A stretch of 64,000 nucleotides of DNA from Camelus dromedarius (Eukaryota). How positions within the stretch are numbered: position 1 is the stretch's first letter; every line of letters starts with the position of its first letter. The stretch lies in the NCBI RefSeq assembly GCF_036321535.1, contig NC_087436.1:73100001-73164000 (forward strand), read 5' to 3'. The notes under the pieces were generated by a model. The model was given only the letters and a program-made list of their open reading frames with translations. It was not told the origin of the DNA and did no database searches. The translations under genes and the position numbers were made by a program. Below are positions 25,204 through 40,234 of this stretch, piece after piece.

Positions 25204-26314
25204 GGCCACACAGAGCTGTACTCAGTGACAGAGTGAACAACCAGGGGCTGTGGGAGGTAAGCTTTGTAGTATCAAGAGATGAATGTTTCCCATTGCAATT
25301 GGGATGCAATTGGCTTATTTGAACAATTCTGTGGATTGTCCAGGAACTGAAACCTGTTACTTGGGGATAAATGGAAACTGTACCTTGTCCACTTGCTAAC
25401 AAGGAAGGTTGTGTGGCTTGGGGACCTTACCTGAAGGGTAGAGTGGGAGGGAAACTTGTGATTAGGATATTTGAGGGCACCCCTTCCCCTTTTTATTTCA
25501 CCAGATGACAGGTAGTCATTTGCATAATACTGGACCATAATTTGATAGTTTGGTACTACATGGGGAAGTCATCTCATAAAAGTACTTAACTAATTCCACA
25601 GTATTAAACTACATGCATGGAAACCACCAAGCATAGTGCCAGGTCTATGGAAAATGCTCAATAAATATATATCACTCCACATCTCCTCTCTGCCTTTAGT
25701 CTTAGCACTATAATAACCAGAGCTTCAGATTCTACCAACACTACCTGAATACCTACCATAAGCCAGGCACCATTAATTGCACTCACATGCATGATCTTAT
25801 AATGTTCATCCCAAAACTAGGAGTCCACTGTTCTAATCTCTGTTTTATAGATCAGAAAAGTTGAAGAGAACTTTACCCAGTCAAAATGGACTATATTATG
25901 TCTCCTCATGGCATTTATCAATGCAATCTATGATCTGTTATAATAATGCAGTGAGAATCTAGCAATGCAATAGAAACTTCATAAATATACAGTTGCCAGT
26001 CATAGTTTGTGAGAAACCAGCACCAGAAAAAAAATGGAATTTTTTGGCTCACTCAGTGATGTGAAGAACAGGGAAGATGGGCAGATATAAAATGTTTTGG
26101 ACTTAATTTGCTAGTCTGATGCAGATAAAGTCTGACAGTAACTAGAAGGTTACTTGAGAAACAGGTAATTGAAAGAGACAGTCTAGGAGATAAAATAACT
26201 AGCAATTTTCTAGGTTATCTAAGTTCTATCTGATTAATTTAAATCATCAGGACCAGTGTACCTAGACTGTATCTTTTTAGTCTCTGAAAGAGACACTTTC
26301 ACTCATGGTTAGAG

Positions 26315-26575
26315 GTAGTATTGCATAGTGGTTAGCAGTGCAGACTCTGAGTCCAGACTTGGTAGTCTAAAATCTCAGATCCTTTGCTTTTCTGGTTGTG
26401 AGATACAGTGCCAGTCACTTAACTTCTCTGTCCTCATTTTACAGCTGCAAAACATAGATAATAACAGCTTCTATTCATAGAGCTGTTGTGAAGATGAAAT
26501 GAGTTAATCTACCTAAAGCACTTAGAACAGTGCCCGGTACAGAGGAAGCACTATTGAGTGGAGGCTATTTTATTA
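26315..26575 (+). mobile_element. MIR SINE, near full length
   Basis: gcatagtggttagcagtgcagactctgag...cacttaacttctctgtcctca...aaagcacttagaacagtgcccggtac. Confidence 0.8.
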
Positions 26576-26644
26576 TGAATCAATGTTATGTCCTTGACTT
26601 GCATAGAGGGTCAATAAAATAGGGTGATCATGTGAGACTTATCC

Positions 26645-26780
26645 AAATAAACAGAACAAAATAGATAGCCCAAGAATACACCTCAGTATAAAAGAATTTA
26701 GTTTATGGGAAAGAAGATCATTTCAATCAGTAAAGGAAGAAAGGTTTATTCAATAAATGGTGTTGGAAGAATTGAACAAC
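26645..26780 (+). mobile_element. Ancient L1 (L1ME-like) ORF2 fragment
   Basis: ttattcaataaatggtgttggaagaattg resembles the L1 ORF2 segment LFNKWCWENW. Confidence 0.55.
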
Positions 26781-26999
26781 CTGGTCTCCCATTACCTTGC
26801 CCCCCATCTATACTACATCATGTGCTGCTGCTGGTGATACTCAGAGTAATCATGATGGCACCATATATGGATTGTCAATGTCTCATTTCCCCCAGTAAGA
26901 AAAAAGTTATTCATATATTTATCAAATAAGTAGGACTCTCAATCCCAGAAACCCATTTTAAAAGGTCATCATAGGGGCCCTTCTTTGCACCAATTATGT

Positions 27000-27440
27000 A
27001 ATCCATTAGGGTACTGGCAGGATAGATGGCACATTTAAACAGAGTAATAGAGAAGAGTTTAGTTAAGAGACTATTGACAAAAATGTGGTGGTAACCCACC
27101 CACAAGAATGGTGATCAACCACAAGGATAGCAGCAAGAGGTTGGATACTATACCTAGGTCAGAAGAAATGGAGCAGTTAGCAGAATGCAGTAAGACCTGG
27201 AGTTACTGGACAGTCACCTGACGGGAACTGGGGCCTTGGTAGAGGAACTCTGCCACTACCAACCTGAAGTCTGGGAGGGAAGGAGATAGGACAGAAAAAA
27301 AAAAAAAAAAAAAACTTTGCTTCTGTCTCCTCTAACATCCTCTGCACTTCAGGAAGGAAAGGAGATTGGCTGATCTAATTGATACATGTCAACCTCCTAG
27401 GACACAGAGGAGGATGAAGAGAATAATAAACCTTAGGAGT
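27000..27440 (-). mobile_element. Old ERVL LTR (LTR33-like)
   Basis: gggtactggcaggatagatggcacatttaaacagagtaatagagaagagtttagttaagagactattgacaaa resembles a recalled ERVL LTR consensus. Confidence 0.5.
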
Positions 27441-27444
27441 AAAC

Positions 27445-29146
27445 ACACTACCCAAAGTAATCTACAGATTCAGTGCAATCTCTGTCAAAATTCCAAAAGC
27501 ATTTTTCACAGAAATGGAACTAACAATCCTAAAATCTATATGGAACCACAGAAGACTCCCAATAGCCTAAGCTGAAGGTATCACACATCCTGATTTCAAA
27601 CTATATTACAAAGCTACGGTAATCAAAGCTACGGGGAAAAACACACAGATTAATGGAACAGCATAGAGAACTCAGAAATGAACCCATGGACATATATTCA
27701 ACTAATTAATGACAAAGGAGCCTAGAATATACAATGAGAAAAGGATAGTCTTTTCAATAAATGATATTGGCAAAACTGGACAGCCATATGCAAAAGAATG
27801 AAACTGGACCACTATCTTACACCATACACAAAAATCAACTCAAAATGGACTAAGGACTTAAATTTAACCTGAAACTATAAAATTCCTAGAAGAAAATAAA
27901 GGGATGCCAGCTCCTTGACATTAGTCTTTTCAATGATTTTTGGATATGCCATTAAAATATAAAGCAACAAAAATAAAAATAAACAAGAGGGACTATATCA
28001 AACTAAAAAGCTTCTGTAAAGGGGGGAAAAATCAACAAAATTAAAAAGGCAACCTATAGAATGGTGGAAAATACTTTTAAATTACATATCTGATAAGAGG
28101 TTAAAAATCCAAAATATGTAAGAACTCATAAAACTCAATAGCAGGAAACAAACAATTTGATGTTTTTTTAATGAGCAAAGAAACTAAATAGAAATTTTTC
28201 CAAAGAAGGCATACATATAATCAACCGGTACATGAAAAGGGGCTCAACATCACTAATCATCAGGGAAATGTAAATTAAAACCACACTGAGGTATTACCTC
28301 ACACCCATTAGATTGACCATCATTGAAACAACAAGAGATGACAAGTAGCAAGGATGTGGAGAAAAGGAAATCCTTTTCAACTATTGGTGCAAATGTAAAT
28401 CAGTGCAACCACTATGGAAATCAGTATGGAGGTTCTTCAAAACATTAAAAATAGAACCACCCCATGATCCAGCAATCCCACTTCTGAGAATATACCCAAA
28501 AGAAATGAAAAACAGAATTTTGAAGATATATCTGCACTCCCATGTTTACTGCAGCATTATTCATGGTACCATAATATGGAAACAACCTAAGTTTCCATCA
28601 ATGGAGTAATAGATAAAGAAGATATGAGATGGATATACATATATATAATAGAATATTACTCAGCCATGAGAAAGAAGGAAATCCTACCATTTGCAACAAC
28701 CTAGATGGACCTTGAAGACATTAGGCTAAGGGAAATAAGCCAGACAGAGAAAGACAAATATTGAATGGTATCAATTATATGTGGAATGTTTCTTTTAAAA
28801 GTGTCAAACTCTTTGAAATAGAGTAGAGAAAAGTGATTACCAGGGGCTGGGGATGGGCAAAATAGGGAGCATTTGGTAAAAGGATACAAACTTTCAGGTA
28901 TAAGATGGATAAAGTCTGAGGATAATGTAAAACATGGTGGTGACTATTGTTTACAACACCATATTGTATAAGGAAGATTTTCTGGGAGAGTGGAGAAACT
29001 AACTGCTCTAACCAAAAAAAGATGGGTGGAAGGGGTAAGAAATATGTGAGGTGAGAATCCTTTCACAATGTATATGGCTATCAGATCATCAAAATGCACA
29101 CTTCAAATATCTTACAGTGTTGTCATTTAAACCTCAATAAAGCTGG
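27445..29146 (+). mobile_element. Older LINE-1 3' fragment (ORF2 C-terminus plus 3' UTR, L1M-type)
   Basis: Degenerate ORF2 peptides ([27 protein letters not shown] in ORF 28403-28609); ends in cctcaataaagctgg. Confidence 0.9.
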
Positions 29147-29319
29147 AGGCAGAGGATTAAGAAATTACTGAAAAAGCAAAAACTAAAATTTGTTGGGAAA
29201 ATGATGTATGACTCTATTTTTAGATTTGATATGGCACTTGAGAGGAAGCCAAGCTGAAGCCCTTTTAAACTTTGCCCAAGAGTACCCTGTAGGTACAGTG
29301 GGACCTACAAAAAATAGTC

Positions 29320-29770
29320 TGTTGCAGCCGATTTTATGTGCCACATTGGTTAGGCTGTGGCGCCCAGTCATTTCATCAGCACTAGTCTAGATGTTCCTGT
29401 AAAGCTATTTTTCAGATGTGATTAACACAGAAGTCAGTAGAAGCAGATTACTCTTCATGATAGGGGTGGGCCTCATCCCGTCAGTTGAGGACCTTAAGAA
29501 CAAAGACTGAAGTTTCCCAAGATACTCTCCTCCAGACTGCAACGTAGAAACACTGCCTGAGATTTCAGAGAGAAGGCTGCAACATCAGCCAGTCCCTGAA
29601 TTTCTGTCCTACCAGCCTGCTCTACAGATCTTAGACTTGCCAGCCCTCATGACCACATGAGTCAGTTCCTTACAATAACACTCTCTCTCTCTTTCTCTTT
29701 TCCTCCCCTCCCCTCCCTTGCCCTCTCTCTCTCCCGCTCCATATATATGTGTGTGTGAATATATATATGC
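29320..29770 (+). mobile_element. MLT2 (ERV-L) LTR
   Basis: attttatgtg...ggctgtggcgcccag...gtgggcctcatcccgtcagttgaggaccttaagaacaaagactga, followed by the (CT)n/(TA)n stretch typical of MLT2. Confidence 0.82.
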
Positions 29771-30409
29771 ATTGCCCACTCACAAGACACGCATCCAAGT
29801 ATTCTCAGAAGGGGCCTCCAAAAGGGAAAAGAGAAGGATGGAAGAAGGAGGGCTAGAAGCCCAACCTGAGAAAGGAGAGAAGGGGGAACCTCTCCTTCCC
29901 TGCCTTCCTGTCTGAAGAAAACTACCAGCGAGGGGAGTGGAAACACTTGATCTTTAAATCAAGTTCAGAGTTTGGATCATTATTAGGAACTGGATACGTT
30001 AACTTCTGAATTGAAACAAAGATTGTGATTGTACAATTATTTTTTGCTGTCAGTATGTAAACGTCAATTGGGGCAGAGAAACACTTTCTCCACTGAATAT
30101 CTTTTAAACAGACAGTGGAAAATTAAAAATAAACATACTTTTTGAATATATCCCAAGAGGCCTGCTCTTCAAGGTAACAGTTATACAAGTATTTCTTTCT
30201 ATGATTATAAATTAGCCAATATTTACTTTTTAATATCAATTTAATGAATATTTCCATATTTCTTACAAATCCTAACTGAATACACTGTCTGTTGTACTCC
30301 TCAGTAGGGTCTTTCATATGATGACTTACACAATAAATTCTTCAAAGATCCCCCTAAAAGTTAGATTTTTCAGAAAAACAAATTTTAATTTATAATAAAA
30401 ATTATGTTA

Positions 30410-31180
30410 CCTTTAGTCCAACAAATATTTATTGCCAATCTACCACATGCTAGAAGGTGCTGATGATAACAAAGTGGATACTGTTTCTGCCCCCTGGAGC
30501 CACTGGCTGGTAGGAGACACAGTTGCCACATAAATAAATATGAAATTACAAATTTTGATAAGCATTATAAAGAAAAGTATTGTGTAAGAATATAACAGAG
30601 GGTGGAAATTTAGATCAATAAATTTAGAAACTGTCTCTCTGAGGAAGTGATTATTTCAGCTGAGCCCAGGAGGAGGACTGGGAGTTAATTAGCTCTGCAG
30701 AGAACAGTAGAGGCACGTCCCAGCAGAGAGAACAGCACACCCCACCCCGGAGGTGGGAAAGCCCTGGGTGTGATGAAGAAAACGTGGCTGGACTGTAAAG
30801 AGGAAAAGGGAGGGTGCTGGTTAAGGAGTCTGGGAGGCAGTCAGGTTATACAGGGCTTTGGAGGACACACTAAGAATTTTGGATCATATTATATGTTCCA
30901 TGGGGAATCATCAAACGAATTGAAAAAGGGAGAAGATGGTTTTATTTTTGTTTTCAAATGCTCATTTTGGCTACAGTGTAAGAAATGGATTAATGTGGGC
31001 AAGAATGAAAGCGGGAAGACCCCCTAGAGAGCTACTAATTTATTACAGTGGTCCAGAGAGACCATGGTGGCTGGTGGAGTGGAGAAGACTGGTGGGTTTG
31101 AGATTTATTTTGCCAGGCTGAATGATGAGTTGGGGATGTGGAGAGTGGGCCGAGGGAAGGAGACATTGAAGAGGACCCTC
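30410..31180 (-). mobile_element. LINE-2 fragment
   Basis: caacaaatatttattg...ctctgaggaagtga...cagcagagagaacagc...gtggtccagagaga. Confidence 0.7.
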
Positions 31181-31544
31181 ATTGTATAAAGGTCTCCACC
31201 TCCCCTTCACTGCCCTCAGCCCTGATCCACCTCTCCATCTAATCTCCCCTCCAAACTGCCATCCATTCAGCACTTGAATTCAACAAAGATGGCCTGAGGC
31301 AAAAGGACAGCCTCTGCCCACCACCCTGAAGTTTGGATGTCCACACTGACAGAGTGGAAAACTAAAGAGAAAAGCACAGACACTGAAAAACCACTAGGAA
31401 GAACATAACCATTTAGCCTGAGACTGATTGGCAAACTACCACTATGGGCCCTAATGACAGCCCTTCTCAATGTATATTCTGTTGGACAATTGCATTTACA
31501 ACAAGAATTCATCATCCAAATATTAACATAATATTAAATTTTAA

Positions 31545-31823
<279 letters not shown>

Positions 31824-31849
31824 TAAATTACTGTTTTAAAAGAGAAAAT

Positions 31850-32295
31850 AAAGGAAAAGAATGACTCCTGGGTTTCTGGCACGATCAACCAGGTAGATGG
31901 AATAAGCATTTATTAAGACAGCACAGAGCAAAGGGGGCCGATGAGAAACAATGAGCAAGTTTCAAACATGTAGTTTAAGATGCCTGTGAGATCCCTGGGT
32001 AGGGCCAACAAGTTGGCAGTTGTATACAGGAATCTCAAGTTTACAAGGAAGATCCAAGCTAGAGATAGAAAATGAGTTTAAACTGTTGGATTACAAGTTA
32101 TATGTAAAACTTTGTTAGAGGATAGGATTCCCTAACAGAGTATAAAGTGAACTGAAAAGAAAGTCCAGGACTGAATCCTAAGAACACCTACAATTAGAGG
32201 CAGAGTGGAGAGAGAGCACATGCAAAAGACAATGAGGAATAGGGGTCTGAGAGCTAGAGGAGGAACAGGACTATGGTGCCATGAAATCCAAGAAG
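31850..32295 (-). mobile_element. LINE-2 fragment (probable continuation of 30410-31180)
   Basis: gaatgactcctgggtttctggc...tttaagatgcctgtgaga...ccaggactgaatcctaagaacacc. Confidence 0.65.
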
Positions 32296-33154
32296 AAAAA
32301 AATCCGCTCTCTATCTGCTTTTGGGAAACACGTGGTTCTCACTGTGGGAGCTAACTCACCCCACATTTGGCATAGTCTGGGTACCAACACTTCTCCACTC
32401 TTTGCTATCCTATAAATCTTCACACTTCACTAACTTCACCTGCTCATTCTCCAGTTGGGTTGCAGGCAACAAAGGTTAGATTGGATGTTTGCTCAGGAAA
32501 CAAAGGAAGATAAGATCCCAGGGGCTACTAGTTGGTTTAAGACAAAGCTCATAGCCAGAAAAATCTGCCTTCCAGTCCCTTCCATATACAGATCCCCAAA
32601 TTTAACTTTGTAACGTCTTTGATTAAGGAGTTGGTGCAGGAGAGGGACTAAAAGAGAGATGTCAGAAAACAAAGACGAAAAGACAAATAAAAGAGAGAGA
32701 CAGAGAGAACTACTTTAGAGGGATGTCTCTTCTACTAGACTCTCATCATTAAAGTCTTCAGCCAGTCTTTCAAACCTTTACATGCTGAAATGGCTATTTT
32801 GGAAAAGAATGATCTCAATTTGGCAGACAGCCTAAGGTTAAATCAAATAATTTAGAAGGCCTCTAAGTGCCTCGGGGAAATTTACAAAGGGAAAGGGAAA
32901 GTACCATTTCAGAATCCCTCCTGCTTTAAAAAGAGAACAGGCTCATTCAAATCATTTCTAAAAAGATCTTGCAATTTTTTCAAAGACAAGCAAAATTACT
33001 GTGATTTGAATGTTCAAGTGACATTCATTGTAGTGTGTTGGTGTTAAGTTGTATTTTTTTTCTTTTTGACATCAGAGGTTATATCTAGGGTTTAATTCTA
33101 AATCTTAAATCAGGAATACAACTCTAGATTTAAAAAAAAAAAAAGAGTGCTTAA

Positions 33155-33330
33155 TAACAGACTTCAGAATTAGATCTGAATTTGAGAGTAGCTGCTACAA
33201 CTGACTAGTTATATGATCTTGAAGCTAGTTACCCAGCCTCTCTAAGCCTGAAAGTCTACATCTGTAAAATGGGTATGTACCTCACAGAGCCGTTTTGAAG
33301 ATTAAATGGGATAAAGAATATGACACACTC
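33155..33330 (+). mobile_element. MIR SINE
   Basis: catctgtaaaatggg...cctcacagag...gaagattaaatggga. Confidence 0.6.
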
Positions 33331-34009
33331 AGCTATTTATGTTCCTAGTCACTGCATTTTACTGCCATCCCAGGAGACCCTCATAAAATGAGCCTCCATG
33401 CAGCAGTTACACATTCCCTCGGAGACTTTACATTGGACTGGGCAAGGAAGCAGAGCTTACGTTATTGTTATGGCTGATATCAAATAATGTTCTGATATTA
33501 ATGACTGGAGGATATATTGGAAACACACTAATTATTCAGAAAAGTAAATCCTTCAGATTTCTGGGTAGGAGCATGCGTTATTATATGATGTTGATAGTCA
33601 CTCTGAAAGCCAAAAGAGAACACCCTCACCTACCCAGGTCTGCATTATTAGACGTTACCTTACTGAAGAAAAATTGCACCTTCTTTTTCCCTTTTATTTT
33701 TGTCAGTAACATATCTTTGAAAGGTCATAGAGGCAGTCCTGAGTAGGATAAAAGAGAGGATATGGGCATCACTACAAGAATTTGATGATTGTAAACATAT
33801 GGCCATATACACAAAATAGGAAAAAGAAAAAAAGATAATTAATTTAGTTTAAGGCCCAGAAATGTTACAAACAGGACCTGACCATTTTATTACCTAGTTT
33901 TAAAGATGAGTAAATGATGACTGAGAAAGATTAAACAACCTGAGATGTTTAATTAGTAAACAATAGAGCTGAAATTTGTATCCAAGTCTTTCTCATCTTA
34001 GCACAATGA

Positions 34010-34414
34010 GGGAGATGGAATTAATATTCCCCAGTTCTTCACCATACTTGTATCCACATCCTTTACATATAACCTCAAACTTCCACTGTGTAAATGAAGT
34101 ATACCTTCCCAACCCTTCACTATAGGTTTAGCCACATGACTTGTTGTGGCCAATAGAATGAGGGGGAAGTAATGATGTGTCACAGTCCTCAGAGGCCTTG
34201 CATGTTGGACCTCTGCCATCACCATGAAAGTACATGTCCATGTATTTCCCAAGAGGAGAAGAGACACATGGAGTAGAGACACCCCAGCCAAGCTTAAGTC
34301 TCCCACCAAACCAAGAGCTAATCTGTAGTTATAAGAGCTATAATATTAAATGATCATCATTGTCAGCCACTTAATTTGGGGTAGTTTGTTTCATGGCAAT
34401 AGCTAACTGATACA
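34010..34414 (+). mobile_element. MaLR LTR (MLT1)
   Basis: gccacatgacttgttgtggccaatagaatg...gcaatagctaactgataca. Confidence 0.78.
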
Positions 34415-36535
34415 CATGCTCTCAACAGATTGAGCTTGACATTATTCATATTACTCTCATTAAAAAGACTTGCTTCTTCAGTCATGAGGATGGTAACACA
34501 GAAGATCAGTGCTAAATACCATCTTTGAGAAAGTTATTAAGGGTATCACTGAGAAGTCAAAAAGGCTCATTAGGATGTTTGATATCTTATATTTAAGGAG
34601 GAGAAAGTCTATTCCTGAATTTCCCAGACTGAATTTTTGCCTTAGTTTCCCCAGTTTCAAGCTTAGCTTCTGTTGTCCTCTGTGGTCTACTGTCTCTTCC
34701 ATCAGCGCTTCCTAAGTCCAGTCAGCCCAGCCATGAACAGCTTTACTGAGTGTTCCGTCTTTTATTTTCTCTTGCTCTGAGCCACTTAAGACTTTCAACT
34801 GCAATTTTCTGAAGCAGACTAGGTCTTCATTATTTATGGGAGCCTGTTCTTTATGAGGCACTCTCTTGAACATAGATGTCATTTCCAAATTATTAAATAA
34901 TAATTGTGCTGGCTTTCCGTCAGTAGCAATCTGAGGTAGATGCAAAGCTATTTATTCAAAGTGAAGGCTATGTCATCAATCAATAAGTCCCCAAATGATG
35001 TTTCATTCTATGTTCGGTCTTCTTTATCATCTTTTGTATAGTCAATTTTTTTCAGGTTTTCAATAAAACTGTAGTGAAAAATTAGGATAATGATCTCTGG
35101 GGAGAATAAAAGCACTGGTGCTCCTCCTTAGAAAAGCTATTGTAAGATGATATGGAATTAGTCACCAAGTATATGATTATTTTTATTTCTTAGTTTAACT
35201 TGCTATGCAATGTTTCCAATGTGGGTATGTACATAAATGCATTTGTTCGTTTTGCTATTCCTAATATATTTAAGCTTCTTAAAGATAAGGATTAAGACTT
35301 CTCCTTCTCTGTGGCTCTAGTGCCCATCAGTGCCATGAACATAATAGATGCTTGATAAACATTTGGCAATTGAATAAATAAATCCTCATTCTGCATTGCA
35401 CAATGTTCAACCAGAATAATTCTCTTTGTGCTTACCAAGTGAAATAACCTGCAAAATCACAGCACTCATGGGGCTACCTTGTGTATTTTTAAATATGTTT
35501 TTCACCATCAGGGCACTAGAGCATTCTCAAAGAGATAGGTGCTAACAGGTGCTTTAAAATTATTAACCCTCAAGCAAAGGTAACAGAAAACATCCTTCCC
35601 CATGTGCCCCTACTAGTTGCAAAATAAGCAGCTCTCCAATGATGCAGAAGCTCCTCTTTTTACTACCTTTTCCTCTCCCTCTTTGCCCTGCCCCCATCCC
35701 CAATCACACACAAAAAATCAAGTGTTGTTTGGATGATATTTACATTATGTAATTTTCTCACTCAACAATTGAGTTCCACAGGTGATCCTCAGAAAACAAA
35801 TGGAAAAAAACATTGTGAGTCTTTTCTGATTCATGGCTATGTTCCTGAGTCTACCCTAAAGGGATGACTCCCTGAGCCCTGTTCAGGCACTTTTTGCTGG
35901 GATGTCTTTGGTCACCTCCTGCTCACTCTCTTCCAGGCTATCCTCTCTCTGTGCTATTTCTTATGTTGCACCAGACCGATCTTTAGAAGATCAGTCTTAT
36001 CTTATTCCTTTATTTGAGAACCAAAATAGCTTCCATTGCCAAGAGCAGTGGTTGTTAACTTTGTATGGAGGACTCCTCGTCCCACCGAAATCTCCATGCG
36101 CAAAAATCCACTGAACCTCACACGCAAGTCTGGATGCTCCTTGGATCTCAGGGTTAAGGCTTTGTAGCCCAGGGAGAAGTTTCTACTCCTACATTTAGCA
36201 TCCAACATCCTCCCCAATCTTCCCAAACTATATTTCTCAGCCATCTCATCTCCCCAAATTCTTCTAGAAATTCTTCTAATTCCAGATGGATTTATCACCC
36301 AGAATGCTTTTCCCATGTACATTTCCACACTTAAGAAAACTGAAGTCAGAAACCCAGGATTCCAGTTAGCTAAAGGACATCATTATTAAATCATGTATAC
36401 TTTCTGAAGCTGTTTCCACATGTACAATTGACAAAGCTGGCTTAGATCAGTGTTCCCAAAGTATGATATGTGTACCACTGATTTTAAGTGGCACATAGAC
36501 CATTGTTTTTTTTTCTATTTTAAGAATTGTGTGTT

Positions 36536-36878
36536 TACAGGGAACAGATTGGTGGCTGCCAGCAGCAGAGGGGTGGGTGAAATTAGTGAAGATGGTCAAA
36601 AGGTACAAATTTCCAGTTATAAAATATATAAGTCATGGGGATGTAATGTACAGCATGGTGATACTGTCCTGTATATTTGAAAGTCGCTAAGAGTAGATCT
36701 TAAAAGTTCTCATCAAAGGGGGAAAAATTGTAACTATGTGTAGTGATGGATGTTAACTAGACATATTGTCTGATCATTTTATAATATAAACATGTAACAA
36801 ATTATTATGTGGTATACTTGAAACTAATGGAATATTATATATCAATTATATCTCAAAAAATTAAAAATTGCTTTAAAA
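36536..36878 (+). mobile_element. Old L1 (L1MA/L1MB-like) 3' end
   Basis: acagattggtggctgcc...ggtacaaatttccagttataaa...tatctcaaaaaa, with a 14-bp TSD aagaattgtgtgtt at 36522-36535 and 36879-36892. Confidence 0.88.
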
Positions 36879-37989
36879 AAGAATTGTGTGTTCATTTTAA
36901 TGTGATTTGACAAATATATATTTATAAATTTTGTATGTTTTAGTTTGTAATGTATGATTAATAGCACATCTAACCTATAATTGACAGGTATTCCAAAATC
37001 TATTTAAATATACATTCAGTACATAATAGGTGATATAAAGATACTGCAAAAATTAGCAAAAGCATATGCAGTTCTAAGGCTGAGGAACACTGAACCAACT
37101 GAACTCCAAGGCTCTTCCCAGCCCTCAGCCATAATAGCTCCTTAGACTCTTTCTTCAAGGATAACTTAGCTCCCAGAGCTGAACATAAGCTATCCTGTTC
37201 AAAATAAGATAGGAGATCCAAAGAGCCACCTCTTTATTCTCAAAAAGAGAAAAAGGTGAATTTTTTGAAAATCATTTTCCATTTTTAGATGGAGACAAGA
37301 GAGAATTTGATATGAGTTACCCAAAATCTGCCAGGAAAGTATTGCTGGGAATAGAACCCAGATCTCGCTCCCTTGGGATTGGCATTGACAGCTTTGTTGA
37401 GACCAATTGATGGCATAGTTATGACTCAAAACATAAATGAGCACAATTTTTTTTCTTAATGACTAACACATACACATTCAAATCCAGATAGAAATTGCAG
37501 CTGCTCCCTCCAACTACTCTAAGTTTGATGAGCAGATGGCAGGCTTCCTCTGGGACTGGAAAGATTTAGGACTGTCTCATAGCTAGAAATTGCATAAAGT
37601 TAGAACACCAGGAGGAGAGGGCACTGTAGTCACAAATGCATTTAAGAAGTCCTGCAAAAATGGTCTGGGTCCTGTGTGCTGCACGTCACTCATGGCTATG
37701 GTTGTTTTGTATTTAAAAATATTGATGATTCAGAGGCCAAGTATCATTCAACCTGTAGGTATAGATATTGATGTAGATATGGTTATAGATACAGATAGAT
37801 GATGACTATTACACCCAAAGAGATAAAAATTTCTTCTGGATGGGTTTTTTCTCCATAGTTTTAAAATAACCACCCTAACATCCTCAACTTTACATAAAAC
37901 TGTATCCTAGGAATTGGGAGCTGTTACCTTCCTTGAGAATTGTTTTGTTACATGTTGTTATCTCATAATGTAAAATCAAACCTAAAAGG

Positions 37990-38130
37990 GAAAGAGAGTT
38001 GTTATTTAATGGGTATAGGGTTTCAGTTTTGCAAGATGAAAAATTTCTGGATATCTGAGGTACAGCAATTGAATAAACTTAACACCACTGAACTCTATAC
38101 TTAAAAATGGTTAAGATGGTAAAAAAAACA
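37990..38130 (+). mobile_element. Old L1 (L1MB-like) 3' fragment
   Basis: tttaatgggtatagggtttcagttttgcaagatgaaaa...cttaaaaatggttaagatggtaaa. Confidence 0.7.
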
Positions 38131-38607
38131 AGCCCAAACTAGGACGTGTTGGATGTTAAATCTAAAGACCCTCCAATAATCTTGGGTTAAAATAAATCCA
38201 GAAAAAGCAAAAAAGAAAGGGAAATAAAGAAAGCATGTCGCATATATTCAAAGATACGTCTACCTAATGCCCTTTGGGGATAAGCCCATTAAAAGGAACA
38301 TAAGGCAACTCAGACTGAGCTAATGAGTGGTAGAAATCATCAGGCGAAACAAAGGGACCCCTTCCAGGGATGTAAAGACATCACATACCAAGAAAGCCAC
38401 CTATATGAGGAGGTGGCTCTGACAGTAAAATATGGACCTGTAGGATCCACACGGATTATAGTATGTTTAGTGGAGGGATAATAAACGAGATAGAGAGGTA
38501 CACAAGGGGTAATTTAACCACTGGTTAGATCATCGCACACAGAGGCTCATCAGGAGGCCCCTTCTAACCCTCACTAGGAGTTATAAAAGTATATTAGTCA
38601 GAGTTGA

Positions 38608-39110
38608 GACAAAGAAGTTGTGGTATATAATGGAGTACACTCAGTTATAAAAAATAATAAATAATGCCATTTGCAGCAACATGGATGGACCTAGAGATTG
38701 TCATCCTAAGTGAAGTAAGTCAGAAAAAGAAAGAAAAATATTATATGATATCATTTATATGTGGAATCTAAAAAAAAAAAAAAAGACAAATGAACTTATT
38801 CACAAAACAGAAACAGACTCACAGACATAGAAAACAAACTTATAGTTACCGGGGGGTGGGGCGGGTGAGAAGGGATAAATCGGGAGTTCTAGATTTGCAG
38901 ATACTAACTACTATATATATAAATTTAAGAATTTTCTTCAGTATAACACAAGGAACTATATTCAATATCTTGTAGTAACCTTTAATGAAAAAGAATGTGA
39001 AAATAAATATACGTATCTCTGTGTGTGACTGAACTATTATGCTGTACACCAGAAATTGACACAACATTGTAAACTGACTATACTTCAATAAAGAATAAAT
39101 AAATGAATAA
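38608..39110 (+). mobile_element. LINE-1 3' end
   Basis: Homologous to 8897-9350; ends in gactatacttcaataaagaataaataaat. Confidence 0.88.
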
Positions 39111-39639
39111 AGTCTTAATAAAATTTTAAGAAAGAATAACCTGAATAAGGTTACTGAAAACTAATAAACATGCTCTTTGTGGTGAACAAAAAAGATAAAT
39201 ATTTTGGAAATGGAAAAGGGTAAGAGCCATAATATGGTTATAGATTAAAGGGAACAAAGCCATTTAACAGAAGTGCCATAGAAAGGAGAACTATCTTAAC
39301 TTACAAACAATCCAAAACAAACAAACAAAAAAAATTGCAAGCAGAGTGAGATAAGAAAAACCGATATTTCTCAGGAAACTGAGAGAATAAAGCAAATTCC
39401 TTTTTAAACATTCAAGAAATAATGTTACAGAGCTTATAAAGCCTGGCTCTTTCTATATCTTAGACGTCTTGAACCAGGAAATCAATACAACCACTAACAA
39501 ATTATGATAATTATTCTATTCCCTTCTTTTTAATTATTATTAAGTTATTTGCTGGAAGAATGTTTCTTCAATTTTTTGGTGTTATGCACGACATAATGAC
39601 TATAAACTTGGCACACTGTTAAGTTCAATCTCCATTATT

Positions 39640-40076
39640 AATGCTTTCTCCATCTACTTTCTACAAGTCTAGATAACCAACAAAACAATAAACTAAGCCC
39701 TGATTTGTAGCATTTATTGATTTCAATGCTGTAAATACTCCCACCATGGCTGATTTCAAATAACCAACGTGACGCCACTGAGCCCAGAGTCGGGAAGAGA
39801 TACAGGGCAGCACACGGTTGTGTAGTGTTCCCTCTACACAGATGCAGTAGGCGTAAATAACCTCGAGAGCACAGATAATGGTAACATGTCATAAAATAAT
39901 TATGCAGTGATGTTTTGACTATTTATTATCTTTGTTCGTCATATAATTTACTTAATTGTAAGTTTATGACTTTCCGCTTTTAATAATGGCTATGTTTAAC
40001 AACCAGCTCACAGAATTTCTGAAAATGTAAAAATCAGATCTCACAAGTTCGTGTGAGCTTTCTCCAGCACACTATT
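39640..40076 (-). mobile_element. MER63-type hAT (Blackjack) MITE
   Basis: gccctgatttgtagcattt...gtaaatactcccaccatggctgatttcaa and the terminus ctccagcacactattg. Confidence 0.75.
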
Positions 40077-40234
40077 GGATGTGGGCCCACACTGGGCTCT
40101 TAGCATTGGTTTAGCCTGGAATGTGAGGAGGCCTATCAGCCAATCACTCTGCATCTCTTTTCTTCCCTCCCTCCATTCCTTTCTCTCTCTCTCTCATTCT
40201 CACTGAAGTTCAAAGTTCCAAATAGTTTTTATTT